Below, piece by piece: positions 53,440 through 64,000 of a DNA stretch of 64,000 bases (within the stretch, counting starts at the first letter, position 1; every line of letters starts with the position of its first letter). Source of the stretch: Eledone cirrhosa (Eukaryota); contig OZ024743.1 of the NCBI GenBank assembly GCA_964016885.1, positions 231,136,001 through 231,200,000 on the forward strand, given 5' to 3'. The position numbers and the translations under genes are program-made. Under the pieces are notes generated by a model. The model was not told the DNA's origin. It saw nothing but the letters and a program-made list of their open reading frames with translations, and made no database searches.

Positions 53440-53999
53440 GCAGTGTATTCTACCTGTGAATGATGTATCACTGAATCATGTGGAGGATATCAAGTATCTC
53501 GGGGCGTGTTCACGAGTCGTCGAAGACAGGATGCTGAGGTCTAAGAAATACAGAGCTGGTGCAGTAATGCGCCAGCTTCAGCATTCCGTAATCAGAAGAA
53601 GGGTTGTAGATTTTAAAGGCAAACTCATTATTTTCAATTGTCATGAATCTTAGATAATCACCGAAAGAATACGAACCTGTATATACAAACGACCGAAACG
53701 ATGTTCTTCCGAAGGGTCTTTGGTATAACGTTACTCCATAGAGTGCTCAGCTCGAAGATCAGCGTGTCACACCATGTAGATCCGCTACTGTTACGAACTG
53801 AGATATCACAGATCCAATAATATGGGCATGGGGTTAGAATGCCTCAGGAAATAATTAAGGGATCGATTTTACGAGCAAAACCAACCAGCAGGTGTAGATC
53901 CCGAGCAAAATAGTTTGATAACATCGATGAGCCTGGCTGGTCATGCTTTGGGATCAATGTGGATCAGTTGAAGGCGGTTGCTTCTGACAGGACCCACTC

Positions 54000-54030
<31 letters not shown>

Positions 54031-54043
54031 AAGAAGAAGAAGA
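53440..54043 (+). mobile_element. RTE-clade LINE 3' fragment with (GAA)n tail
   Basis: HVEDIKYLG..AGAVMRQL..CHES..ETMFFRRV..YGHGVRMP, across frameshifts. Confidence 0.75.
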
Positions 54044-54649
54044 ATGTATTATGCATGGAAGTAGGTAGGTAGGAACTCGGTAGGCATAGAGGTATACATT
54101 TATGTATGCATTTGTGTGTAGAAATGACCTCATGGCAATGCAGGTTTTATTTTACATAATCAGGAGCTTTTTTCAAAGCTTTTTAACGTAGACTTTAGTA
54201 AGACAATAGCTAAGTCATACAATCTTTACTACATCACGCCAATCTGTAATACTAACTCAATGGTCATTTTGTTGTTTATTATTTGTCTTCCCTTTGTTCC
54301 ATCCATTAATCTGTAAACGTCCATCAATTTCACTAGATTCAACGCATTTCTTTCTCCCTGACCTCATCTATTCCAACCAACTTAATTCCTAGTTCTTATC
54401 TAAACTATGGACATTACTTTCGCTTCCCGAAGCGACAAATGAAAAGGAAAAATTCCAATTTCGTTTAAAACTAAATTACTGCTCATTTCTTCCAGCTAGA
54501 ATTGCAATAGGTGTGATAAAGTTTTCATCAACTTCCTCAGACAGTAATGTAAATTTAAACTAAATTGCTTCGAAGAAATGAATTGCACGTCCATACACAT
54601 ATACATGCGCACACACAGGTCACATATACACAAATATACCCATATCCAT

Positions 54650-54682
54650 ATATATATATATAAATGTAAATGTTTATATATG

Positions 54683-54750
<68 letters not shown>

Positions 54751-54812
54751 TACATGTATATATATATATAGAGATATGTATATATGTATATATACATATA
54801 TATATATATGTA

Positions 54813-54899
<87 letters not shown>

Positions 54900-54902
54900 G
54901 TA

Positions 54903-54985
<83 letters not shown>

Positions 54986-55195
54986 GCGTGTGTTTGTATG
55001 TGTTCACACCTAAGCAGAACCAAGTACACAAATATAAATACGCATACATACATACATGCACATACATACCTATAGACATATTTAAAAAGTTGTAGGTCGA
55101 ACTTACAAAAATATATGAGATATAAGTAAGAAGAGCGAAAGGAACTTACACAGATGCACACATAATAGGTATACACATACACGCACACGCACACA

Positions 55196-55259
<64 letters not shown>

Positions 55260-55260
55260 A
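54650..55260. repeat. Long (TA)n and (CA)n microsatellites
   Basis: Directly visible. Confidence 0.95.
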
Positions 55261-55654
55261 TATAATAAAAATGAAGATAGGTATGTTGATGTGCCTTCTG
55301 TCAGTTTCGACGAAAAACATTCAGTTGTTCGCTCAAATGTATTACCTACAGGTTAAATGAACGTGTACATGTCTGGCACGTTTCCTCATAACCTAATTCT
55401 AAGGCCGAATCAGCAACACATTGTATGTACTTGACATTTGAATTAGAGATACAATTCAATAGAAGGCCTGGCACACGATCTCAATCTTGCGGATTCTGAA
55501 TTGGCTCTTTGTTTTTTCCAAATGAACGCCTTTGATGAAACGGTAGCCAAGACTTATCAGCCTATATTTTTTTTCCTATGAACCGCTGCTGACTGATAAT
55601 TAAAAGATTTGAATTTATGCTCCGCTAACTTTCCACCACAGCTATTTTGGTGGG

Positions 55655-55810
55655 TGCAGATTTATATTATACTAAACCACCCGTGACATGTTAGGCTACG
55701 TTCGCTTCAAAATATTTGTTAAAAATAATGTTCATTTAAAAAATAATTCTTAAATTATTAATATATATACAGACATGTTTATAATGTGAAATGAAACTGG
55801 AAGGCATATA
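55655..55810 (-). mobile_element. Diverged copy of the Helitron-like end at 56860-57025
   Basis: ATACTA.ACCACCCG.GAC..GTTCGCTT.AAAATATTT shared between the two sites. Confidence 0.45.
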
Positions 55811-55923
55811 CATATATATATGTGTGTGTATGTGTATATATAAATATCTGTGTGTGTATATTTACACACAAGCACATATATATGTATATGGGTGTCTGTG
55901 GTGATCTATATACACTCGTCAGA

Positions 55924-55984
<61 letters not shown>

Positions 55985-55998
55985 ACGCATATATATAT

Positions 55999-56061
<63 letters not shown>

Positions 56062-56184
56062 GGAGGTGAGTTTTATTGTAGTACAATAAAGCAATGCAGA
56101 TATCGGATAAGAAGCACTCTACAGTTTGTAGGACTGGAGTATACATAATATAAGATCAAAAGATGGTTAAAGGAGTTCCATGTA

Positions 56185-56251
56185 TTTTATTATGCGCATT
56201 TCAAAAACAAACATCATCATGCAATAATATTTGTGTTTTCATCAGATAAAA
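56185..56251 (-). ncRNA. Type I hammerhead ribozyme
   Basis: Reverse complement of 56437-56503. Confidence 0.85.
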
Positions 56252-56436
56252 CAGGAGAACATGTTATGAAGGCTAAAAAACACTTGTGGATAGTGCACTA
56301 TCCACAAACATCATCATGCAATAATATTTGTGTTTTCATCAGATAAAACAGGAGAACATGATATGAAGGCTAAAAAACACTTGTGGAAACTGCACTATCC
56401 ACAAGTGTTTTTTAGCCTTCATATCATGTTCTCCTG

Positions 56437-56503
56437 TTTTATCTGATGAAAACACAAATATTATTGCATGATGATGTTTGTTTTTGAAATGCGCATAATA
56501 AAA
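56437..56503 (+). ncRNA. Type I hammerhead ribozyme
   Basis: TTTTAT-CTGATGA-[16-position stem II, 1 mismatch]-GAAA-TGCGCA-TA-ATAAAA. Confidence 0.85.
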
Positions 56504-56689
56504 TACATGGAACTCCTTTAACCATCTTTTGATCTTATATTATATATATATATACACAACAACAACACCAGCTCTCACTCTCTTCCATTCTCCTTTTCCG
56601 TCTCCTCTCTCTATCTCTATGACTCTCTTTCAATCTACTCTCTCACAACCACTATCATGTTCTCCCCCTCTCTCTCTTTCTCTCTCTCT

Positions 56690-57025
56690 CTTTGTTTATG
56701 AAGGTACACGTAAAAAACCCATATCTCGGAAACCCGTGGTCCGATTTACGCAAAATTTATTTTATTCCATTTGTATTCCCATTTCAGCGCAACTTCCGTT
56801 CAAAGTATTTTTCCCTCAGGCACCCTTTTGGCTGTATTACATTGCAGACAAGCAAGCAAGCAATGACAGATTTTTAGTAATATACTAGACCACCCGCGAC
56901 CCGTTGGATCATGTTCGCTTAAAAATATTTTTTAAAAATCATGTTCACTAAAAAATAATTTTTAAATAATTAAAATATACGCAGACATGTATATAATGCG
57001 AAATTAAATTGAAAGGCCCATATAT
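56690..57025 (-). mobile_element. Non-autonomous Helitron-like fragments with an end-to-start junction
   Basis: Minus strand ..CGGGTCGCGGGTGGT-CTAG|TATATTACTAAAAATCTGTC..(GCTT)n. Confidence 0.4.
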
Positions 57026-57029
57026 ATAC

Positions 57030-60000
57030 GCCCTCAAACGGTATGTTTGATGTCGTGTGTGTGACAGCGGTTTAAATGTTATGAGGAGGGATACAGAGAA
57101 CACAAACATTTATACTACAAACAACATGAGCAACGAAAGCAACAACAGCAACAGTGAGAAAACCAACCTAAAAAAATGACAACACCAACCACAGCAGTAA
57201 CAAAACCAATGAAATTAACACCATCAATATGAACTGCTCAGAAAACAACAACAGTGGCACCAAAGACACAACCAACTGCCTCAGCAACAACAACTAACAA
57301 GAACAACGACAACAACAACGACAACACCAACAACACCACCGTCAGCAACAAGAACACTTTCGTTGCGGCAGCAGCGAAAAAGAGGCCATGCTTCAGTATG
57401 GGCCTAACGAATAAAGATAAAAAGATGGCCCAGTCATGGAAACTCATAAAAAAAGAGCAAATCTGAGCCAACTTAACTGTTGTGGCAGAAACCATTGAAG
57501 CAGCGGAGCGTAGAATGGTGCGTTTCAAATACATTTCGGCAGAGATAAAGAGGACGGCTTTAAATGCCCAGGCATATATTAAAGCTGGGCTGAGATGCAT
57601 CAGGGATAACACCGACTAGATAGCTGTTTAAATCAGAAGCCCTGGCTATGAAACATCCAATGACCGCTTGCAAAACCAGCAAGGTCATTACGCACTCGTC
57701 CCACATAGGAAAATCTCGTGTTCGAATTCCCGGGATTCCACCATGACTTGACATGTGGTGGCTCCTGAGATGCGTGATTGTGGAGGGGGAAACCGTCCGG
57801 TTACAAGGACTAGCAGGGAGAACTGGTCCGGGGTTAACCTTGAGATACTTCTCCAGATGAGACCCGAGGATGTAAAAAGGATCCCGGATCAAATCTGTCT
57901 CCAGAACGGGACGGCGATACATATAATGACTGAGCGTAAAAGGCTGCATTGTTTTGTTTGTGGAGAAACAACCCATTGGCGAGCCTTCTGCCCTCAACTC
58001 CTGAAAGGTGCAAAGGTTCGAAGGTCTTCTTGCTGCCGACGTCGTGTCGAGGACTACCACCAACAACAACATCGGGTAAACCACAGCAACAACACCAATG
58101 GAAACGCCACCACCAACATTAGACACCCAGAGTGGAAATGAGGAAAGCTTTCCCATTCTCCCTGAACCATAAAGTACACACATGAACAAAACATAAAGAC
58201 ACACACGGACAGAAACTCACGGACAACCACAGACCCCTAATCTTCGAGTAGTGAAGATGAGGGAAAACCAAAATCCCCCCCCAAAACAAACAAAAAAACG
58301 CGCAAAGCTCAAAAACACCCACAAAAATAAAGACACCGCCCAGGCAAACATCTCCCCAAAAACACCAACAACACCAACACCATCATCATCACCAGAATCC
58401 CCCACACGCAAACAACTTAAACAAACAAGAACAAATACACACACAAACATCTGAAACCGCATACACCACACCCACAACAAAAACATAGACACAACTGAAA
58501 TAACACCAACAAAACTAGCACCACCACAATCACACAAATAAATAAAACCACCCCAACAAAACATACACAATTTTCGTACTTGTCAGAAGGGTTAACAAAT
58601 AATTGATGGCCCTCGTAGCACGAAGTAAAGTAATTCAAACAGCGGGGGAAGATTTTTAAATCGAACACATCTCGCGTGTCAGATTTGTTTCTGTTACGAA
58701 TGATGCTCGATTCCTGCAAAGGAATTTGAGAGCTTGCTTCAGAACGTGGGAACCCTGAACGTGAAATCCACATCGAGACTTTTAAAGGGGTTCCCTCCAA
58801 CTATGGAGGTCGAACCACCCGACATTCACAAAATTACGGAAGGTAAGCAAATCTTGCATCTTCCTTTTAGCCTGTCAGCATGGCCATATCGAAAGTAGGC
58901 AGTTTAAATATTCGTGGCCTCGGATCGCCCTGGATGCAGGGTCACCTGCTCAACGACTCCAGTTTTCTAGAAACGGATGCAATTGCCATCAGTGAGACCA
59001 GGATTTCCGACACGCGCGCACTAGCCCCCATTATCGATACTATCAGACCCTCGCATATTTTAGTCGGCCAGGAACGGGAGGTGGGGTGGCAGTTATGTTC
59101 AGGAAAGGCCTGGATCTCAAGGTAAGCTCGATAATCCGGGACCCGGACGTTAAGTTGGTGGTCCCGGACATGAACAATAGGGAAGGTGGTGACTTTAGAC
59201 TGGTTGCCATCTACGCCCCTGTCGGGGCCGGACGGCCGCACATCTTTGGGCACCTCGAAGTCTTTCTGGTTACGTCTCGTCCTTTACAGTTAGTGGGGGA
59301 CAGGAACGGCATCTTAGACGCACGTTGGGATTGAGTGACTGTAGCTGATAGGAGAGGGGGTGTCAAAAAGCCTCTACCTGAACAGCCAGTTTCAACTATC
59401 TGACAGACAAGAGACGAAAACGAGCTGAGGGATTCCAGGCGGATATCTGAGGCCTTTGACCAGCACTTTGGTCGGTTGTTCGGGGGGAGTGGCGGATCAG
59501 AGACAGTAGCTGACTTCAGTCCCTACCTCAACGGCTTGTTGCGCCTAACGATGTCGTGGCTGAGCGCTGCGAAAGTCTGATAACCTCAGCCGAAATTCAG
59601 CTGCGAAAGGCTGATAACCTGAGTCGATTCTCCTGTCGAATGCACAAGGCGCAAGTCACCGGTGTGGATGGACTTCCCTGCGAGCTTTATGTTAATATGC
59701 CAGAATTGCATCTGGCAACAGAACGGGAGTATTTCTAGTTCTATGAACCAGGGTGTTGTGACGCTGATAAGGAAAGACAAGAACAAGAGGGACACATTAG
59801 ATAACTTCAGGCCAATAACTCTGCTCAACACAGTGTTTAAGATTTTGGTCAAGGTGTTAGCGTACATTTTGGCGCTTGTTGTCGAAGATTTGTTAGAGGA
59901 GGCGCAAATTTGCCATCTCGATCAGGTCAATACACGATAAACTCCACCTCATGTGATACATCATAGGCTGGGTAGGATGTAAACCTGGCTTCGGTGGGGC

Positions 60001-61240
60001 TCTTATCAATATAGATAAATAGAAAGCATTCGATAGGGTCGACCATTTGGTACCTGGAGGCTGTCCTCAAGGTAGCTAGCTTCGGCGCCGTCTTCAGAAG
60101 TTGGATCACTGCAATGCATAGGGCTGCGTATGCCGTGAATAATGATGTGCAGATATGCGCTGAAGCTGCGGCATCTCCAGATATTCTGCCGAAACTGTGA
60201 AAAGGTGTAGTCGCCGTTTGTCAGATGGCCCGTTCCGCAGCTCCTCTCTTTGACTGAGCTGCAGTCCTGGGTCAAGAAGGGACAGAAACTGGGTGATGGC
60301 ATTTAGAATGTTGCCAGGCATTCACTGCTCTCTTCCAAGCGGGCAATGCGGGAAATGGAACTTCCACTCTAGAATTCTATAGACGATTAGTGGTGGCAAG
60401 TACGACGACTGCCTCGGAGAGTCTGTTCCGGTGGACATTCGAGCCGGGGACAATGGGTAACTTCCAGAAATCCCTCGCTTGACAATGCTACCGGGGGGCA
60501 CTGCTGGTTCGAGATAAACTCTACAGGCACGGAAGTGCTGTCAGAAGGACCTGCCTGAGATGCGTGCAGAGCGACGAAATCGTTCTGCACGTACTCGTCC
60601 AGTGTTCGTGCAGTTTGTGTGGAGTTATTTCGAACAGCTGTTGTCGTATGTAGAACGGATCCGGCTATCGGCCTAGTCTATAGTGAAGACTGACCCTCCG
60701 CCTTCTTTAGGCCAAGAAGGGCAGGCAAATTTCCTCTCTCTGGTGGCAGTAGCGGAAGAGGTTGCATGGTGGAACAGGTTGAAAGGACACTTTTCTCTTC
60801 AGCCAATCCCTCATCAAACTTTTCGAATTTCACTTGGAAAGGAAGGTGAGGGTGGATAGAGATGTGCTGCCCCTCAATCACCCTCCCCCCCAGTCAATTT
60901 GCTGAAAGGTGGGTGAATGTGACGAGAATGGCTTGTTTGAGTGGGGATACTATGATCATGCGCCTGTAGGCTGGGGAATTTGAGGGGGAGAGGGGTGCCC
61001 GTCCCGGGTGCCCTCAAGGTGTTGGGTGGTTCAGGATTGGTGAGTTAACTGAGTTAACCCTGGGTGGTTATCGCCCCCTATTGGAGAATATTCCTTGTAT
61101 TTTTATTGTTATTTTGTTATTGTTCTTTATATTGTTTACACGTTATATTTGTAAACCCCCACTGTCCCTGTCTTTTGTATTATATTGTCCCCTATATGTT
61201 GGCCCTTGTGGCCAATACATGAAATTATTATTATTAGTAA
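57030..61240 (+). mobile_element. Old, internally deleted full-span Tx1/L1-clade LINE
   Basis: ORF1 CFVCGETTHWRAFC; ORF2 ATG at 58880 (GSLNIRGL), FRPITLLN, zf-RVT remnant; 3' CCCTTGTGGCCAATA plus (TTA)n. Confidence 0.85.
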
Positions 61241-62974
61241 TACTGTTAATAGTAGTATTAGTAGTGGTAGTAGTATTATATGTCCGTGTGTCTATGTACA
61301 TCATTGTTTGTTCGCTCATGTGCGTTTGTATGACTGATTTTACCACATTTCCATTATATATTGTTTGAAGAATTTCTTGGCGAACATTCTGCAGGTTTCA
61401 ATGAAATTTATTTTCAGATAATTGGAACTCTGGTATATTATAACGTGTTGTTGTTGTTGTTGTTGTCAATGTTACTTTTTACTCAATAGTAGTCTTCCTT
61501 CCTTCACCCTGTCACTGTTGTTGATATAATTGTTGCTCATGATTATTAGGACGTCGATGTGGCTGATAATTATGCGAGTTGATTGAGATGGTTTTATATT
61601 TACATTGTTAGTTTGTTTGATATCGGTGTTGTTGTTATTATTGTTGGAGTTTGTAATTGTTGTTGTATGTAATTGTTGCTGTATATCATTCTTGTCGCTG
61701 TTGGTGTTATTCATGATATTTTTTTTCATCGTCGTTCTTGAAGATGATGTTCATGATATTGTTACATTTCTCTGCCTATTTTTATCAAAGGTCCTATGAT
61801 TTCGACTTGACTTAGGAATTTTTATTCAATTGGTCGGATTTTTTTATAGATATTGTTATATATGGTGTCAATTTTATAGTTGTTGTTGTTGCTTAGCCCC
61901 AGCTAAAAGCTTGATCAAGCATGTATCAGATCAAAGACATGGCAGGTGAGTCCATTACCTCTTTATAGAAGTATTTGTGACTCATTATCCCATCTATTTT
62001 CCCTTTATTAAGAGCGTATAGTGTAATTTGAAGGAGGTTCATCTGCTCTTTTTAGCCGTTCTTACAAGGACTTAGAGTTTGCCAACATCGGCTTGTTGAT
62101 TGACTTGTAATCACAGTTGTTTTGTGTTTTTTTATATGCTCAGCTTGTTGATATTTGTGCTGTTATAATTTTTTATATTTATGTTAAGCTTGTTACATGT
62201 GTTGCTATTTTTGTTGTTCGTCCTTGATAGAGTTGATGTTTATATCGTTAATTTTTTTTTTTTATTTCATTCATATGTTGTTTTTGCCACTTATTTTTAT
62301 TGATGTTTTTGTTTGTAATTTTCACTTCAAGAACAACACTTTGAATTACAATTCTTTATTATCGTTTCTTCGAAAACCACCTACCCACCACTAAAACCTG
62401 ATGTAAAACATTACTTGTAATATTTCACAGATAGTGATAACGGACACCCATAAATTAATTCAGACACGTCGACACCACATTTCAACACAAGCACCTTCTT
62501 AACCACAACTACCGCCATTACTACCTCAAAGATTTCAGCGATATACAATTATGAAAAGAAAATGGATTGAAGCCAACTAACTATTCTATTTCCTGATTGA
62601 ATGCACTTATGATATGGACTTTTTACCTGATTCATTTTACCCAAAATTTCCTTCGTTCAACTCTTGTTTTCTACTGATATGAAATGGCCAAATATCTTTT
62701 ACAGTTGTTGATAGACGAGAAATTATCATTTATATCTCTTTTTCTATTTTCTAAGAACGATCTTTCGGCATCATGAAATGCATTTCCATTTCTATCGTTT
62801 ACTTTTTTCTTTCACTCCCTTGCTTTCGCTTTCACACCCACATACGCACACTCTTTATTTATATCCAACTATATTTCTTTCTATCTACCTGTCTCTCTCC
62901 TCCCTCTCCCCCTACCCCCCTCTTTATATATATATTTACATGTTGTGGTATAAAAACAGAAGAAAAACTCCTTT

Positions 62975-63460
62975 AACGGATTTTGTTTTTCATCACCCAG
63001 TGCGTCTAATATCCTCCTCCTCACTAAGCAAGCTTGATGGCGCTTAGTCGCCGACAACAGGACTATTCACAGCCTGTACTGTGTTTACATGTTATCAATA
63101 GTACTGAAGAGCGATCTGACATTTTTTTCTGGTGCGAGGGACTCCTTCTCTTCATAAAGACATCTCTCTAGGAGAAGCTCACTCTAAAAATAACTGCAAC
63201 TTTATTTGCATCCAATGATGTAGACCAACATTTTGGGGGTAAATGCATTCGATGTTCAAAGAATGGGATTGGCCCCGTACAAAGCCTTTCATCACTGAAA
63301 AAACATTCAAGCGCAGGCATCGCTTGATATGTGACATCTTTTTGCAATACATGCCATAGGCAAATCCCTAGCAGGACTAAAGAGACACGTCCGTGGTTCT
63401 CATGCTTAAGTATCAAGCGATAGCCTTACTCGAAATCGAGTTGCAGTCATCACCAATCAC
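62975..63460. mobile_element. Diverged copy of the 36560-37167 family, in two oppositely oriented pieces
   Basis: 62975-63110 (TTAGTCGCC..TGTACTG..TACATGTTA) is in the same orientation; 63165-63460 (CTAGGAGAAG, TACTCGAAA.CGAGTT) is inverted. Confidence 0.5.
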
Positions 63461-64000
63461 CATATATGTATGTATATATGTATGTATATAGGTATGCATG
63501 TATGTATGTATATACATATATGTATAGAGGTACTCATGTGTGTATGATATAGGTATGGATGTATACATGTATGTATATAGGTATGCATGTATGCATGCAT
63601 GTATGTATGCGCGCGTGTGTCTTTTGTACATAGACTTCTTCATTAAAACTGAAGCAAAATATCCATCACATACTTATACATAAGCAGCAATTGGTAGCAA
63701 TTCACAAGGAACTGGAGGATACCTGAACGACATCAACAAATGAGTATATATGTACGGGGATCGTAAAATGGTCAGTGAAATATATAATGGCCGTTGTAAA
63801 AACGCTACTAAAACGAACATTTAAATATCCATCCACCATATGTGCAATAAGGATATCATAAAAGTGTTAAACAAATTAGTTATTAATGGAATAACAGTGT
63901 ATCAATTCAATAAGACACCCATCTACTCAGTTGCAATAGGTAGTTCCTCATTGTCACTCCATTAATGTTTACATAAATCCAAATGCAATCATAAGGCGGC

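Larger units (their letters stand above)
56145..56545. repeat. Fold-back palindrome with an internal ~95 bp duplication and one hammerhead per arm
   Basis: Arms are reverse complements about two GTGGATAGTGCACTATCCAC-type centres (56286-56305 and ~56383-56402). Confidence 0.92.

Overview
Repeat-dense, AT-rich eukaryotic (animal) DNA. The SINE types and microsatellite load suggest a cephalopod such as Octopus, which is an inference from memory. I found no host protein-coding gene that I can support; nearly all long ORFs are retrotransposon remnants or microsatellite artefacts. Main contents: (1) six copies or fragments of Tx1/L1-clade LINEs; (2) four R4/Dong-type restriction-like-endonuclease (RLE) LINE copies, three of them joined tail-to-tail to a Tx1 copy; (3) RTE-related fragments, tRNA-type SINEs and a Helitron-like junction; (4) an 8.5 kb triplet-based (GTT)n-GATGGTCTT minisatellite next to a 200-N gap. 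The most interesting signal is a dense set of minimal type I hammerhead ribozyme motifs, read by eye: about 7 near-intact and several decayed, from several unrelated sequence families. They sit in fold-back palindromes and 0.44-0.66 kb tandem arrays embedded in (TA)n, next to a decayed Penelope GIY-YIG endonuclease. This looks like a Penelope pLTR / retrozyme-like hotspot. It includes a compensatory base-pair change between tandem copies and non-canonical stem II variants. All coordinates and folds are manual and need computational confirmation.
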